A stretch of 64,000 nt of DNA from Mustelus asterias. Taxonomy: Eukaryota. The stretch lies in assembly GCF_964213995.1 (NCBI RefSeq), contig NC_135802.1, positions 70,990,001 through 71,054,000 of the forward strand, read 5' to 3'. The notes under the pieces are model-generated. The model was not told the origin of the DNA and did no database searches. It was given only the letters and a program-made list of their open reading frames with translations. The translations under genes were made by a program, and so were the position numbers. This document shows positions 1-12,245 of this stretch, in pieces; the first letter of the stretch is position 1; every line of letters begins with the position of its first letter.

Positions 1-73
1 CTTTTGCAGTACAATAAAGGAGATTTGTTGTGGAATAGTTTGAGAATTTGAGCGTCTGGGGTAGCACGGTGGT

Positions 74-196
74 CATGATGTGGAGATGCTGGCGTTGGAC
101 TGGGGTGAACACCAGGTTAAAGTCCAACAGGTCTATTTGGTAGCAAATACCATAAGCTTTCGGAGCGCTGCTCCTTCGTCAGATGGAGTGGAAATG
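74..196 (-). mobile_element. Penelope-like element family A 3' fragment (tail plus hammerhead, small internal deletion)
   Basis: Matches the CATGATGTGGAGATGC...GTTGGACTGGGG tail and arm of the copies at 23752 and 46224. Confidence 0.85.
150..186 (-). ncRNA. Minimal type I hammerhead ribozyme motif
   Basis: Minus strand reads CCAU-CUGACGA-A-GGAGC-AGC-GCUCC-GAAA-GCU-U-AUGG. Confidence 0.75.
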
Positions 197-871
197 TGGT
201 GGCACAGTGGATAGCACTGCTGCCTCACAGCGCCAGGGACCCAGGTTCAATTCCCAGCTTGGGTCACTGTGCGGAGTCTGCATGTTCTCCCCATGTCTGT
301 GTAGGTTCCACCGGGTGTCCCAGTTTCCTCCCGCAGTCCAAAAGACATGCTGGTTAGGTGCATTGGCCATGCAAAATTCTCCCTCAGTGTACCCAAACAG
401 GTGCCGAAATATGGCGACGAGGGGATTTTCACAGTAACCTCATTACAGTAATGTAAGTCCATTTGTGACACTAATAAATAAACTTATACTTTGTCCATGG
501 TGTCAGTTGACCCGAGTTCAAGGAGCAACAACGTCATTAAACATTTTTCATAATGCATCTAGGTCCTCTGACTGCACTCTGGGGATTGTGGCTTAGTTTC
601 CACTATCTCCTGAACTTGTGGCTGGAGAGCCTTCTGGCCTTTGTAGATAACAGCACATCTCTCCTCCTCTACCAAGGCCTTCAGAGCATTGAGAGAAAAC
701 CTTAGAACTCTCTGTGCATGTTGCCAACTCTGTTATGAAAGGACAAATTATAGAATGCCCTGTATCCTCATTACATCTAGCACAGTTTGCAAAATCATTT
801 CTAAGCCTTTGAATAACAGTGTTCGGGTTTTCCAGGAGGGACTTTTTTTATATAGTGGCTACACTTCAGGC

Positions 872-921
872 ATATATATATATATATATATATGCATATA
901 TATTTATATATATTATGTATA
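872..921. repeat. (TA)n microsatellite, imperfect
   Basis: Direct reading. Confidence 0.9.
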
Positions 922-967
922 GAGAGCTTGATTTTTTTTTAACAATATAAAACAGGTTCCATAGCAA

Positions 968-1137
968 GCAAATCAAAGCATAATACTGCAGGTGCTGGAA
1001 ATCTGAAATAAAGACCAGAAATACTGGAAAAACTCAGCAGGTCTGGCAGAAATAATTAATTAGATCTAAACGTTAACTCTGTTTCTCTCTTCACAGATGT
1101 TGCCAAACCTGCTGAGTTTTCCAGCATTTTCTGTCTT
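968..1137. mobile_element. Penelope-like family B fold-back insertion (older)
   Basis: Inverted arms CTGGAAAAACTCAGCAGGTCTGGCA / TGCCAAACCTGCTGAGTTTTCCAG; tail TACTGCAGGTGCTGGAAATC on the left only; homologous to 24461-24649. Confidence 0.7.
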
Positions 1138-1796
1138 CCACCAGCAATGGTGGCTTCACCGAGAAAAAACTGGTGCATCAGGTCTGCAGCCACAAGGCAT
1201 TTTAATGGACCTTCTTAATGCTATGTGCACATTGTATTGTTGAGGCAATGTTTTTGACTGGTTGTTTTTTTTTGACAGCAAGCAGTTTCTCAGGACAGAA
1301 TTGAGTAAATTGCAGACATTCTGGAACTGGAAGTGTTGAAAGAATACTGGATCGCAGCAGCATTCCGGATGAATGTTATTCACGAAACATTGAAAAGAAC
1401 AGAAGACCTTAGAGTCTGACCTTTGAGAAGTTGCTCTGCTGAGTGGCAAGCGATTGTAGTTAAATTATAGCAGGATGACAATAATGATTGTTGCAGCCCT
1501 ACTTACACATGCATTAGCACATCAATACCAAAGTCTAGTATGACTCACGCAACACAGTCATGTACTCAACGGGCTTTTATAAAGAGTAGGATTATGTGAA
1601 ACTAATTAAAACGGTAATACTTTGTTATAAATCATAATTCTTCCAGATCCCTGCTTGGAATTATATTTTATTAGGATGCTATGCTTTGCAGCATTGTCCT
1701 GGATCTGAACTGGATTATTTCAAGGAGGAAAAAAAACAGAAGTTGATGTGTAGACACAGAGAACAAGTAGTTTATTTATTCATTTTCAATTAACTG

Positions 1797-2100
1797 TGCG
1801 GCACGGTGGCAGAGTGGCAGCGCCAGGGACCTGGGTTCAATTCTCAGCTTGGGTCGCTGTCTGTGTGGAATTTGCATGTTCTCCCTGTGTCTGCGTGAGT
1901 TTCCTCCAGATGCTCCAGTTTCCTCCCACACTCCAAAGATGTGTGGGTTAGGTGGATTGGCCATGCTAAATTGCCCCTTAGTGTCAGGAGGACTAGATAG
2001 AGTAAATGCCTGGGGTTATGGGGATAGGGCCTGCGTGGAATTGTGGTCAGTGCAGATTCGATGGGCCAAATGGCTTCCTTCTGCACTGTAAGATTCTATG
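1797..2100 (+). mobile_element. HE1-like V-SINE with CR1-derived tail
   Basis: tRNA-like head, B-box, V-domain, 3' GATGGGCCAAATGGCTTCCTTCTGCACTGTAAGATTCTATG. Confidence 0.85.
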
Positions 2101-3360
2101 AACCATTCAGCGGGCAGTTTTAACTCTGCTTGCTCAGCGATAGGGGCAAGAGGTAGGTCACTTTCATTTTTTTGCTTCTTTAAATCCCACAAAGGAAGTC
2201 TAGATCTCAGTTGCACCAGTTATTCTATCTGCCACCACTCCACTCAACTGGGAGACAATCGCAGATCACCCTCCATGGTAATTACCAAAAAGTTGGAGAC
2301 AAATCCTTTGGGCAGGCCATTGTGTCTACACCTAACATTCCTCTCCTGCCCACTGGTCAGTTAACACTTGCTGTTGGTGGGTACTGACCACAACCAAGCA
2401 GCTGAAGCCTGTAAATTCAAATTTCCCACAGTTCCTACTTCTGAAATCAGAAAATTTAGTCCGCCTGATTCCTGCCCTGAGTTTAACATTGAAACTTGTA
2501 TCTCTGAAATCACATTAATAGGTGGGGACTGTCCTGCTGCTGCACTCTAACACTGTAAATGGAAGAAGCAATCAGGTCTGACAATTATTTCTGCTTTCCC
2601 CTATTTTCTTCAGGTATAACTTGCCTCACATCAGTCTCCACCTGCTTAGTACTAAGCACAGCCTTGAATCCTAAATCTTTCCAATATTAGTTTTATGCTA
2701 TAGGGATCTCTCATGCCTGCCTCTGATGTCCTTTTGATGTCTTCAGAAAATGCAGCATGTTAGTGAAAATTGACAAAGAGGGCGGTGAGATAAGCTGAAG
2801 AAACAGGGCTGATAAATACAAGGCCCCTGAAAATCCTGATTACTGTCTACACTGCAGTAAGGATAGGGTTGACATCCTCTTATTAATTGCATGCTTCAGT
2901 GAGTCCCCCAGAGCTTTATCTTGTCTAACTCACAACTGTAAAACCTGGGACACTACTCACACCTAAAATTGAAGCAAATCTCTCACGGGAAGGAAAGTTT
3001 CTCTGCAAGTTTTCAAAGGTGGTAGCAAATTCTTGGAGGCATGACAGGGGAATGGTGTGTGTGAATGTGTGAATCTTGAAGATGGTAGCTGACTCTTGGG
3101 CTGGCAGCTTCCTACTCAGATCCTCTTCTGCAACTTCATCCATGCCCATGCTTTGACCTTCTCCCTGCACTTCCTCTGCTTCACTGTTTAAAATGCCCAG
3201 CACTTAATGATGGGTAACTTGTAACTCAATCTATTAACCATGTCATAATTAGTTTACTTCTGTGTTTCCTAGATAAATATTATCACTGGATATGATGATG
3301 TCTACCTAGCATGACATGATCTCAACTCTAGTATTTTAAGGGACATTCCAAACATGAAAA

Positions 3361-3650
3361 CATAGTTTGAGGATAAGGGGCCTTTTAGAACTGAGGTGAG
3401 GAGAAATTTCTTCAGCCAGAGAGTGGTGAATGTGCGGAATTCACTACCACAGAAAGTGGTTGAGGCCAAAACGTTGTCTGATTTCAAGAGGAAATTAGAT
3501 ATTGCTCTTAGGGCTAAAGGGATCAATGGATATGAGGGGAAGGGAAATCAGGATATTGAATTTGATGATTAGCCATAATCAAAATGAATGCTGGAACAGG
3601 CTCGAAAGGCCAAATGGCCTCCTCCTGCTTCTAGTTACTATACCTCTATG
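3361..3650 (+). mobile_element. CR1 LINE 3' fragment
   Basis: Encodes FRTEVRRNFFSQRVVNVRNSLP; CR1 3' UTR GGCCAAATGGCCTCCTCCTGCT. Confidence 0.85.
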
Positions 3651-4504
3651 GAGTTTGCATGGTGTTCCAGACAGGAGACAAGAAGAAAAATATATATATA
3701 GCACCGTCAGCCTGTCTACTTTATAAAATTATTTGATTTTTCTTTATTTTTCAAAATGGACAAACACTGGGTTGATAAAATAGCTGCAGCTGGTCACATG
3801 CTCGCTTCTGGAAGTTTCTGAGCAGTTTGAAAGTGAATAAAGGCTGACACCTCACACCTCCTGGAATGTAATACTCCTTGCATTGTATAAATATTCCAGC
3901 CAAGCCAGCACAATGGTTTAATAGACAACATGCCTGTGCCAGCCAGATATGGCCAAAGGCAGCTGTTTGTGACTCCAAATCTCCAATGTGGTGTTAATGG
4001 CCCAACCATTACCTGCTCAAAAACACAATGGATTTCAACCAATGGGCATTGTTAGTCAACCAAAACCATCTTATCACATAACTGATACTTGAGTTGGCTG
4101 AATTCTTTAATTAATAAGCTGTTGGTTGTATCTTTAGTCACTGTTTAACCATCATAGAGAAACAGAATTCTGGGCAACAGCCTGTCTCTATCTCCCATTT
4201 ACCATCTCACAGTAGCAGCAGAAAGTGCTCTGTCCAGGTGAACTGCTTGGCCCTCACACTAAATAAGCAATACTAAACCCCAGTTGGAATGCTACAGGAG
4301 AGAAAAGGCAAGAATGGCCAGACACTATCCACAGCCAGCCCCGGACGTGGGACGAACGGGAGCTAAATGAACCTCAGCCGGACCTGGTCTCGACCTTCAG
4401 CAACTCTGGGGTGAGTGAATGTATTACATCACAGAAAAATAAAGACTCCTTGACGCGGTCCGCGGATCGGTACATGTTCACTTTAATCAATGTGGATAAT
4501 CCGA

Positions 4505-4569
4505 AGTAAGAAGTTTAACAACTTCTTACTGTGTTTACCCCAGTCCAACGCCGGCATCTCCACATCATG
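4505..4569. mobile_element. Minimal PLE family A fold-back insertion (~65 bp)
   Basis: AGTAAGAAGTT-TAAC-AACTTCTTACT plus tail; 12-bp duplication GATAATCCGAAG at 4495-4506 and 4569-4580. Confidence 0.85.
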
Positions 4570-4910
4570 ATAATCCGAAGCACATGGGAACCTATTAGAA
4601 CGTTCGAAATAATTCAATCGGAACAGTGTGAACCCCTAAAACAAAAATATAAATCTGTAACTTTTCAAACAAGATATAATATGGAGGACACACTGGCCAC
4701 ATGGTGTCTCTGTACACAGCAGGCCTAGGTAAAACACAAATCCTTAAGTATTCGATCACCGGAAATAATAGGAGAAACCTGGACACAGGATAGGCCGTTA
4801 CAATTAACAAAATGGCTCTTCCTTAAAAATGCAAATGTCTATATTCCCTGAATCACCTGGAGCAATGGGAAGAACCCTGGGAAGAACTGGAAAGAATGGG
4901 AAGAACTGCT

Positions 4911-5002
4911 TCTGACGAAGGAGCAGGGCTCCGAAAGCTAATGGCATTTGCTACCAAATAAACCTGTTGGACTTTAACCTGGTGTTGTTAAAACTCTTAC
5001 TG
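4911..5002 (+). mobile_element. PLE family A single tail-less arm starting at the hammerhead core
   Basis: CTGACGAAGGAGCAGGGCTCCGAAAGCTAATGG...ACTCTTACTG; flanking AAGAACCCTGG at 4870-4880 and 5004-5014. Confidence 0.85.
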
Positions 5003-5124
5003 TAAGAACCCTGGACACAGGGTAACTTACCATCACTGACAAAAGAAACTCTCCTAAGAAGGGCAACAACTAACCCTCTGGATCATTTTAAAATAATATG
5101 ATATCTGTGAAATCATTCATTTAT

Positions 5125-5404
5125 GGGCTGGTACAGAGGCACAGTGGTTAGCACTGCTGCCTCACAGCGCCAGGGACCCGGGCTGGATTCCCGACTTGGA
5201 CCACTACCTGTGCAGAGTCCGCATGTTCTCCCCGTGTCCGTGTGGGTTTCACCCTCAGGTGTCCTCCCACACTCCAAAGATGTGTAGGTTAGGTAGATTG
5301 GCCATGATAAATTCTTTTTCAGTGTACCCTTCCACAGTAACTTCATTACATTGTTAATGTAAGTCTACTTGGGACACAAATTAATAAATAAAGAAATAAA
5401 TAAA
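5125..5404 (+). mobile_element. V-SINE (non-CR1 tail type)
   Basis: Same head, body and tail as 58-483. Confidence 0.8.
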
Positions 5405-5419
5405 TGGTCAAAGAAGTCA

Positions 5420-6458
5420 TCTTGGTACTGCCAAGTAAAGTTCCTGCCTCATGCCAAACCCATAAACCATCCAGATAAACAAGGATGCCCCTACGCCCCC
5501 TCACTCCGCCAACTTGTGCCCCACATCAATCCGATACATACTATCTGAATCCACTTAACACCATCCTGCCCACCACAACATAAAACACCCACAAATAAAG
5601 AGTCACCCCATCCCACCAGCTCCAGGAGCCCCCACCCCACCCACCATAACAGAAACACACAGGGGAAGCCAAAATGCCATGGGAAGTCAACAAACCACCT
5701 TTCAACCCACAACCAACCAACCAACATCCCTATCAGGAAACCCCCAAGGCTTTTCCCCCACCGCTTGACCTCCCCCCAGTAGCCCACCTGCTACCTACCC
5801 CCCCCAAAAAAGCGGAGTCTGACTCAGCAACGAACACAAAACCCCCCAGCCAGGAAACCAACCAAACGAACTCTCCAATACACACACTACCTTGTCATCC
5901 ACCCCAACCCCAGAAACACATAAACCCCCAACCTAAGAGCACCCTCCCCCTAACACAACACCACCTCAACAACCTCAACAGTCTCCCCCCACCACCTAAA
6001 ATATGGCAGAACCAGACCATCACCCTGTTTTCCTCTTCCCCCACCCCACAACCCCCGTTTTCCCCTCTTCACACGCGCTTGACCTCCCCGGGGGCCTCAA
6101 TGGCCTCCGATTCTACCGCTGAGGGCAACATGACTGTCCTCCGTTCATGGGAAGCAGCTGCTTTCCTTGCCGGAGACAACATCTCCCGGCGATGCCGCAA
6201 AGCCAAGTGAGCCCGGACGATTGAGCGCTGGGCTCATTAAACAGATGTAAATGCTGCTTTAAATAAATTTATATAAATTTAAATAAATAATATATTCAGC
6301 CTCTCACCGGAAATGGGCGAGAGACTGATTGTGCCAGAAATCCGGTGCTGGTAAGATCGGGAGAACCGTGAAATCGGGTGCGGTCCTGATTTCTTGGCTC
6401 TCACGTGATTTCTCGCTCCATCCATTGATGGGCGGAGTGAGCCGGTAAAATCGCGGCC
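5420..6458. mobile_element. Probable non-autonomous PIF/Harbinger-like element with C/A-rich low-complexity interior
   Basis: Right terminus GGTAAAATCGCGGCC resembles the termini at 32262, 47146 and 49199; CpG-rich subterminal region; left end not defined. Confidence 0.4.
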
Positions 6459-8083
6459 TATTTTTCTTCTCTTCCATCATATAAATCCTCGCTACTGGAG
6501 ATCCCGCCCATTGTCCTGCCTTCACATAAGACGACCTACAATTGCGTTGTGTGGCACTACTGTTATGCTGAATGAAATAGACTCAGAACAGATTGAGCAA
6601 CTCAAAACTGGGTAGCCATGAGGTTCTGTGGGCCATCAGTGGCAGCAGAGTTCCACTGTAAGAGTCTGTGGAGGGAGTAAGTAAAAGAGCCATGGTGTCA
6701 GGCTATAGGGGGAGGAACAGAGAAAACTAACGTGTGTCTCTAGTGATTGGGGTAGAAATTCCTCTTGACGAGGGGTGCCTGTTACACACCTGCTCTATAT
6801 TCTGTTCCATTGGCATTAATGAATTTGAATATTGAAAGGCAGATGACACGGAGCCAATGTGACATCATCTGTTCTGCACTATTGAATGTGTTGAATGAAT
6901 TGAGGAAGTAGGGTGCTGGTCTGAGTGAGACACTTCTATTTTGGTTACAGTGAGGTGATTTCATCAAATAGTTGGGGATGGGGATTTTTGCTTTGTGGTA
7001 GGGAAACAGTTGCATGTAGTCCAGGAAAGTGCCAAGTAAATGACTTCAGCAGTTGAAAGTGTCCAACTCCAATCAGCCATATTGCAAAATGTTAAGGGGC
7101 AGGGAGAAGATGCCACAAACTGCTTTCATCACTCAGTGTAAATTACGACCAGTATTCTGAAGTAAAGGCTGAAGCAGCATTTTTAAATTCAAAAGTAGGG
7201 GGCTTGATTTTCATTTTGGAGCCCTGTGTTGCCTCGTTGTCACTCACACAACATTATCTTCAAACATAAATGCCTTAATTGGGCTGGCGCTGAGGCTTGG
7301 CCCCCAGTTGGTGCCACTGAGTGCTATCAGGTGATGGAAGCTACCTGCAAAACACAAATGGCAAAGTCCGATGCCAGCTTTGATGGGGCCTGCTGCTACC
7401 TTGCAGAAGAGATGAGCAGCACCTCATATGGCCAACAGCCTCACTCTTCATGGAAACATCCATTTGACCAAATTAAAGGTAATGCATAAACTGGCCCAAG
7501 AATCCCCAAAAATTAAAATTAGAAATTTTCAGTGCATAAAAAAACGTAACATCTGCCTGCAGTAAACGCAAAAACTGTGTGCTAACGTGTACTAGACTGG
7601 GTTTGGTGAATGACAAAATGAAATTCACCTCCTGGGACTCCCAAGCCCATTAACAAGCTCCTCAAGGATGTTAACTGGCTGTTAATTGGAGTGGATTCCC
7701 TCTTTCTTCCTCTCTCTCCCTCACTTTGTAAATTCTGATGTACTCCAGAGGCATTTGGACATTAGCACAACATCCAGGAATGCTATTCAAAACCTGCCAA
7801 CTCCTGTTCCCACCCCAAACAGGCAAATGAAAACTCTGGCCAAGGGCTTTTGTTGACCCTACCTGTGCCTTAAGACAGATATCACCTGAACTGCACTGCT
7901 GTGGTTACCTGAAAGCAGTTTGCCCTTCTGCACTCAGCTCGGTTACAGAAAACATCATGCCAAACCATTTCATACTGTACTTGACTTACATTCCTGAAAC
8001 CGCTCCAACTCCAGACACATGAAAAGCCACCCAGCAAACTCTGGGCTAGTGCAATTGAGGCTTTCAAATGAAGCAAAGAATTG

Positions 8084-8535
8084 CCAGGATGCTGCCTGGT
8101 CTGGAGGGTAGGTCTTATGAGGAAAGGTTGAGGGAGCTAGGGCTGTTCTCTCTGGAGCGGAGGAGGCTGAGGGGAGACTTAATAGAGGTTTATAAAATGA
8201 TGAAGGGGATAGATAGAGTGAATGTCTAAAGACTATTTCCTCGGGTGGATGGAGCTATTACAAGGAGGCATAACTATAGGGTTCATGGTGGGAGATATAG
8301 GAAGGATATCAGAGGTAGGTTCTTTACGCAGAGAGTGGTTGGGGTGTGGAATGGACTGTCTGCAGTGATAGTGGAGTCAGACACTTTAGGAACATTTAAG
8401 CGGTTATTGGATAGGCACATGGAGCACACCAGGATGATAGGGAGTGGGATAGCTTGATCTTGGTTGCAGATAAAGCTCGGCACAACATCGTGGGCCGATG
8501 GGCCTATTCTGTGCTGTACTGTTCTATCTATCTAT
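8084..8535 (+). mobile_element. CR1 LINE 3' fragment, near-identical to the 3' part of 42381-43186
   Basis: RMLPGLEGRSYEERLRELGLFSLERRRLRGDLIEV; 3' CTGTGCTGTACTGTTCTAT. Confidence 0.9.
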
Positions 8536-9423
8536 TAGCATTCCCACAATGTAATCCTTTCTAATATTTTAAATATGAATTTACCAATTATCCTGAAAAA
8601 TTACTTGTTTTTCCTTATAATCAAAGATCTTTAGGGTGCTTCCCAGTACTTGGTTGGCTTTGTTGTTTACAGCTTTACACAAGTTGTGTTCCTCCCTTGG
8701 CCATTAATCATCGCTGGATCCTTTTCCACATTTCTTAATCAGCCCTCTGTCAAGGATTGGCTATCGTATCAATCTTGGCTCAATTTTTGACTAAATATTC
8801 CAAAAACAAATTTGAAAATATCTGAATGGAACCGAACTCCCAGAAATTACTCATCATCCCTTAATAGCAGACAATTTATATTTAGTGATCATTAGTCCTT
8901 CAAAATTTAGGCACTTTAATCATCATTTTTTTCTCATAGTTCTTTCCCCAAAAAATGTCCATTATTCTTAATGGCAGCTATGAACCAAGTAATTGTACAT
9001 GGTATTGACAAGGTCAGCCCATCAAAAACCATGACATTTCCTAGAAACAATAATTGAGAATAACTTGTCCACACGTTTCAATGACTAGTTTTTTTTTAAA
9101 AGACTCATGTGAAAGGTTACATCATATCACAAAACAAGGAGTGTCAGCAGAAAGAAACGAGGCTTAACTGCTCTATGCTTAAAAGTCAAAAGAAATTCTA
9201 ACTTTTCACACTGTAACTGAGCATTGAAACAGTGGGCAGTATTTAATGGAGGTGACAGAGGGTTTACTCACTGATTGCAGAGACAGCAAAACCCCCACAT
9301 TGTCTCTTATGGGAAAGGCCCACTGAATTAGGTGTCATGCACTTAGGCACTACTGGGCAGCAACAGACCTTCCCCAGAATCAAGGACCCCATGGACAGAA
9401 GTCCTGCCCTCTGAGAACTGAAC

Positions 9424-9592
9424 CATAGAATCCCTACAGTACAGAAGGAGGCCATTCAGCCCTTCGAGCCTAAACCAACAACAATCCCACCCAGGCCCTA
9501 TCCCCATAATCTCACGTATTTACCCTACTAATCTCCCCGACACTAAGGGTCAATTTAGCGTGGCTAATCAGCCTAACCCATGCATCTTTGAA
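9424..9592 (-). mobile_element. HE1-like SINE 3' half
   Basis: Reverse complement of the 1797-2100 tail region. Confidence 0.8.
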
Positions 9593-9651
9593 CTATGAAC
9601 CAATCTGAGGCCCGCAGCTATCATGAATGGAAGTGCTACCTGGGAGGTGTT

Positions 9652-9915
9652 TGTAATATAAGGGTCAGGCACCTATAGGGTTAATATAGGACTGAGTATA
9701 GTACCACACACATAGTGATGGAAGAGAACATGTGACCTGAACCAAGGATCAGTTGAATGTTGGTCCGAGCCATGCGTACAAGCAAGCATGGAGACAACTC
9801 CCTGCTTGTACCTTTTACTTTGTATTTCTAGGAGTAAATAAAGATTTACAATTAACTCATGTATGACTACAAAGACTTTTTCAGACCTACTGAACTGTAA
9901 CTAAATCCTATAACA
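9652..9915 (+). mobile_element. Probable solo LTR (Gypsy-type)
   Basis: TGTAATATA...TATAACA termini, AATAAA near 9837, degenerate 5-bp flanks GTGTT/GTATC. Confidence 0.55.
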
Positions 9916-10849
9916 GTATCCTGAAGGTACTCAAAGGGGGTGATTTCATGCCCACATTCGCCGTCAGCAAGAATGATGACACGGGCACAAAATCTCACAA
10001 GAATTGAGAAACGCAATTCTCACCAGCAAGTTAGCATTTTCCAATTCAGAGCAGGAACCTCATTTAAATACATTTTAGTACGTTTATATCTGTCCTACTC
10101 CCCACCTTTTGTTCCTGCAATCTATAAGAAATGAACAAATACTTTGGATGGAATAGCTTTTTCTCTGTGTAGTCCTTCAAGATTAGAGGTTGCACATGGT
10201 TGCCTCAAATTCTAGTTGGACAATGAGTTCATTGCTCTCACATCAGAATAAAAAGCTGCAGAGAATCCTACACTCATACAGATTTTAAAACAATCATCTC
10301 AATTACTCATAATCAAAAGGATTTTACATTTCGACCATTGCATAATTATTAATGCGAAATTCATCACATGTGATTTGGATCCAGTGTACTGCTAATACCT
10401 CAATGTGTACACATTTCTTGCAGATAGAGCAAAACCTCTTTATTCTGATTGCTTTCCTAATCAATCAAACTTACCTGGCTCCCAGTCACGATCTGTCTAC
10501 CCTTGTTTATTTGTGAACATAATAAAGAGCAATCTGTCTGCACTTTGCTGTCAACTACTTAAGAAAACATGAAGGTGAATTTCTATGGAAAGGGGCCTTC
10601 CAGTTGTTCACCATAACCTCAGAGGATGAGTCATGGAAACCACACTAAAATGGCACTTTTATTTGGGGCATTTGTGACTCCTCTGCTGAAGTTGCAGTGG
10701 CTGAGTAGGGGAAATGCTGGAGCAGTTCTCACACGATAATTGAAAATAAAGACAAGAATCTATGTTTCCATCACAGTGTACATTTCACATCATAAGTGAA
10801 TATCTTCTTTCATATGGCTGAGGATAGAGCAATAACTATTATTTTGCAT

Positions 10850-11330
10850 CAAGGTGGCCAAGCCAGGGTATTACAACAGAAGTACCGGTGCATAACACTG
10901 TAATGCCTCCTTCATATTTATGAGTTGGGCATTAAGTCATGTGCAAGGTTGCACAATAATGTATTGATAGCATGTTGCCCGTAAAGATGTTGAAAAGCAT
11001 TGGTGCTAGTATTGATCCTTGTGGCAGCCCATTGTTGAAGGATCGAGGTGAATGGCTAAGATAGACACGCAGCTACCTATTGGTCAGCATCACCCAAAGC
11101 CAACGTAGCCTAGAATTTGTTACAACTACAAGGTTGGTGACAAACACATTCATTGGGCTGTTGTGCTCCCCAATTCTCCAGTGGTGACACAATTTGTTGG
11201 GAACAGCTTAGAAAACATTGAGTTAGTGAATCAGAAGTGATGCAGCCAAAGGCCTCTTGTGCAGTTGTAGATAATGCAGGTTCTCAATAGATTTCTTAAT
11301 TGCTGTACCAATAGATTGTGAAGATTCTTA
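10850..11330 (-). pseudogene. Highly decayed non-LTR retrotransposon RT fragment (Vingi/Ingi-like)
   Basis: Minus strand near 10965-11046 reads RSFNNGLPQGSILAPMLFNIF; boundaries approximate. Confidence 0.5.
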
Positions 11331-11359
11331 CTAGTAACACAATATTATAGTCGCCACAC

Positions 11360-11442
11360 AAAATAACTTCATTGCAGTGTTAATGTAAGCCTATTTGAGG
11401 CACTAATGAATAAATCAATCAATCAATCAATCAATCAATCAA
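11360..11442 (+). mobile_element. V-SINE tail fragment ending in (AATC)n
   Basis: AACTTCATTGCAGTGTTAATGTAAGCCTA matches the tails at about 435 and 5339; (AATC)7. Confidence 0.7.
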
Positions 11443-12245
11443 GTTTGGTTATCTAAATTATCACAAAGATTTTTGAGCATTGTTTAACCATTGAAGCTAT
11501 GTTACTGGGGGAATTGAATCCTAAATAAACAAAGGTGTTTGGTTTGGGTTGGGTGGAAGGTTAAAATATTAAAAACCTAAATCCTCCCTAAAGTCAGCTC
11601 TGAACTATCCAGTCTCAGTGTGAATGGTCTGGACAGCAAACCTGGGCCAGGATGTGGGCTGGCAGTTTAAATATTGTTACCTACTGAGGAGGAGAGAACT
11701 GGTTCCTCTCTATTCAACCTCCTTGGTTGGCCACAGGAAAGGTTTTTTAAAATTTATTTTCCACATGGATGCTTTTCCGAATCCAAATGTATTTTTACTA
11801 CCTACGCAGTGAACAATAAGGAGCCAATCAAATGAAGTTTTCTTGAGTCAAAGAAAGAGCAAGCTGAAAAGACACACACACAAATATCAGAGTATGGAAA
11901 ATTGGAGTCCAAATAAAAGTTTGAAGAATATACATTTAGATGTTCTTTTCTTGTCTTTGAGGCATAGATTGTTAAACGTTGTGGCCAGTTTAAGTTAGCA
12001 GGTTCCTTGGATGCAATCAGATGTGGAAGCTTTTGCGATTCTTATAAGATTTCGGTTCATTGGTAGATTTGGTATGTTGATGTCTTGAACTGGGTACTAT
12101 ATTTGTTTCTCCATTGAAGTCTTTTTCCAAAAAATCTCTCTGATGATGACTTCTTCTTTTTGGCTTCACAAACTAGTTCTTAAAGCCCTGCTGGCTTTAT
12201 ATTCCAGAGGGATTTGATTAGCATGTCTGCTATAGTCATTGTGGC

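Larger units (their letters stand above)
58..483 (+). mobile_element. tRNA-derived V-SINE (HE1-like head and body, non-CR1 tail), interrupted near its 5' end by a PLE fragment at 74-196
   Basis: A-box-like GGCACAGTGG-TAGC, B-box GGTTCAATTCC, V-domain-like TGCATGTTCTCCCC...GGTTTCCTCC, tail TGTGACACTAATAAATAAA. Confidence 0.8.

Noticed and set aside
1279-1445. Possible exon after TTTTTTTTTGACAG
   Set aside because: Stops in all three frames and no canonical GT donor; unsupported without RNA data.
4285-4416. CpG-containing stretch ending at a GTGAGT donor-like site
   Set aside because: No good acceptor and no recognisable peptide.
5674-6210. 178-aa proline-rich ORF
   Set aside because: Arises from C/A-rich low-complexity sequence that lacks stop codons; no domain recognised.
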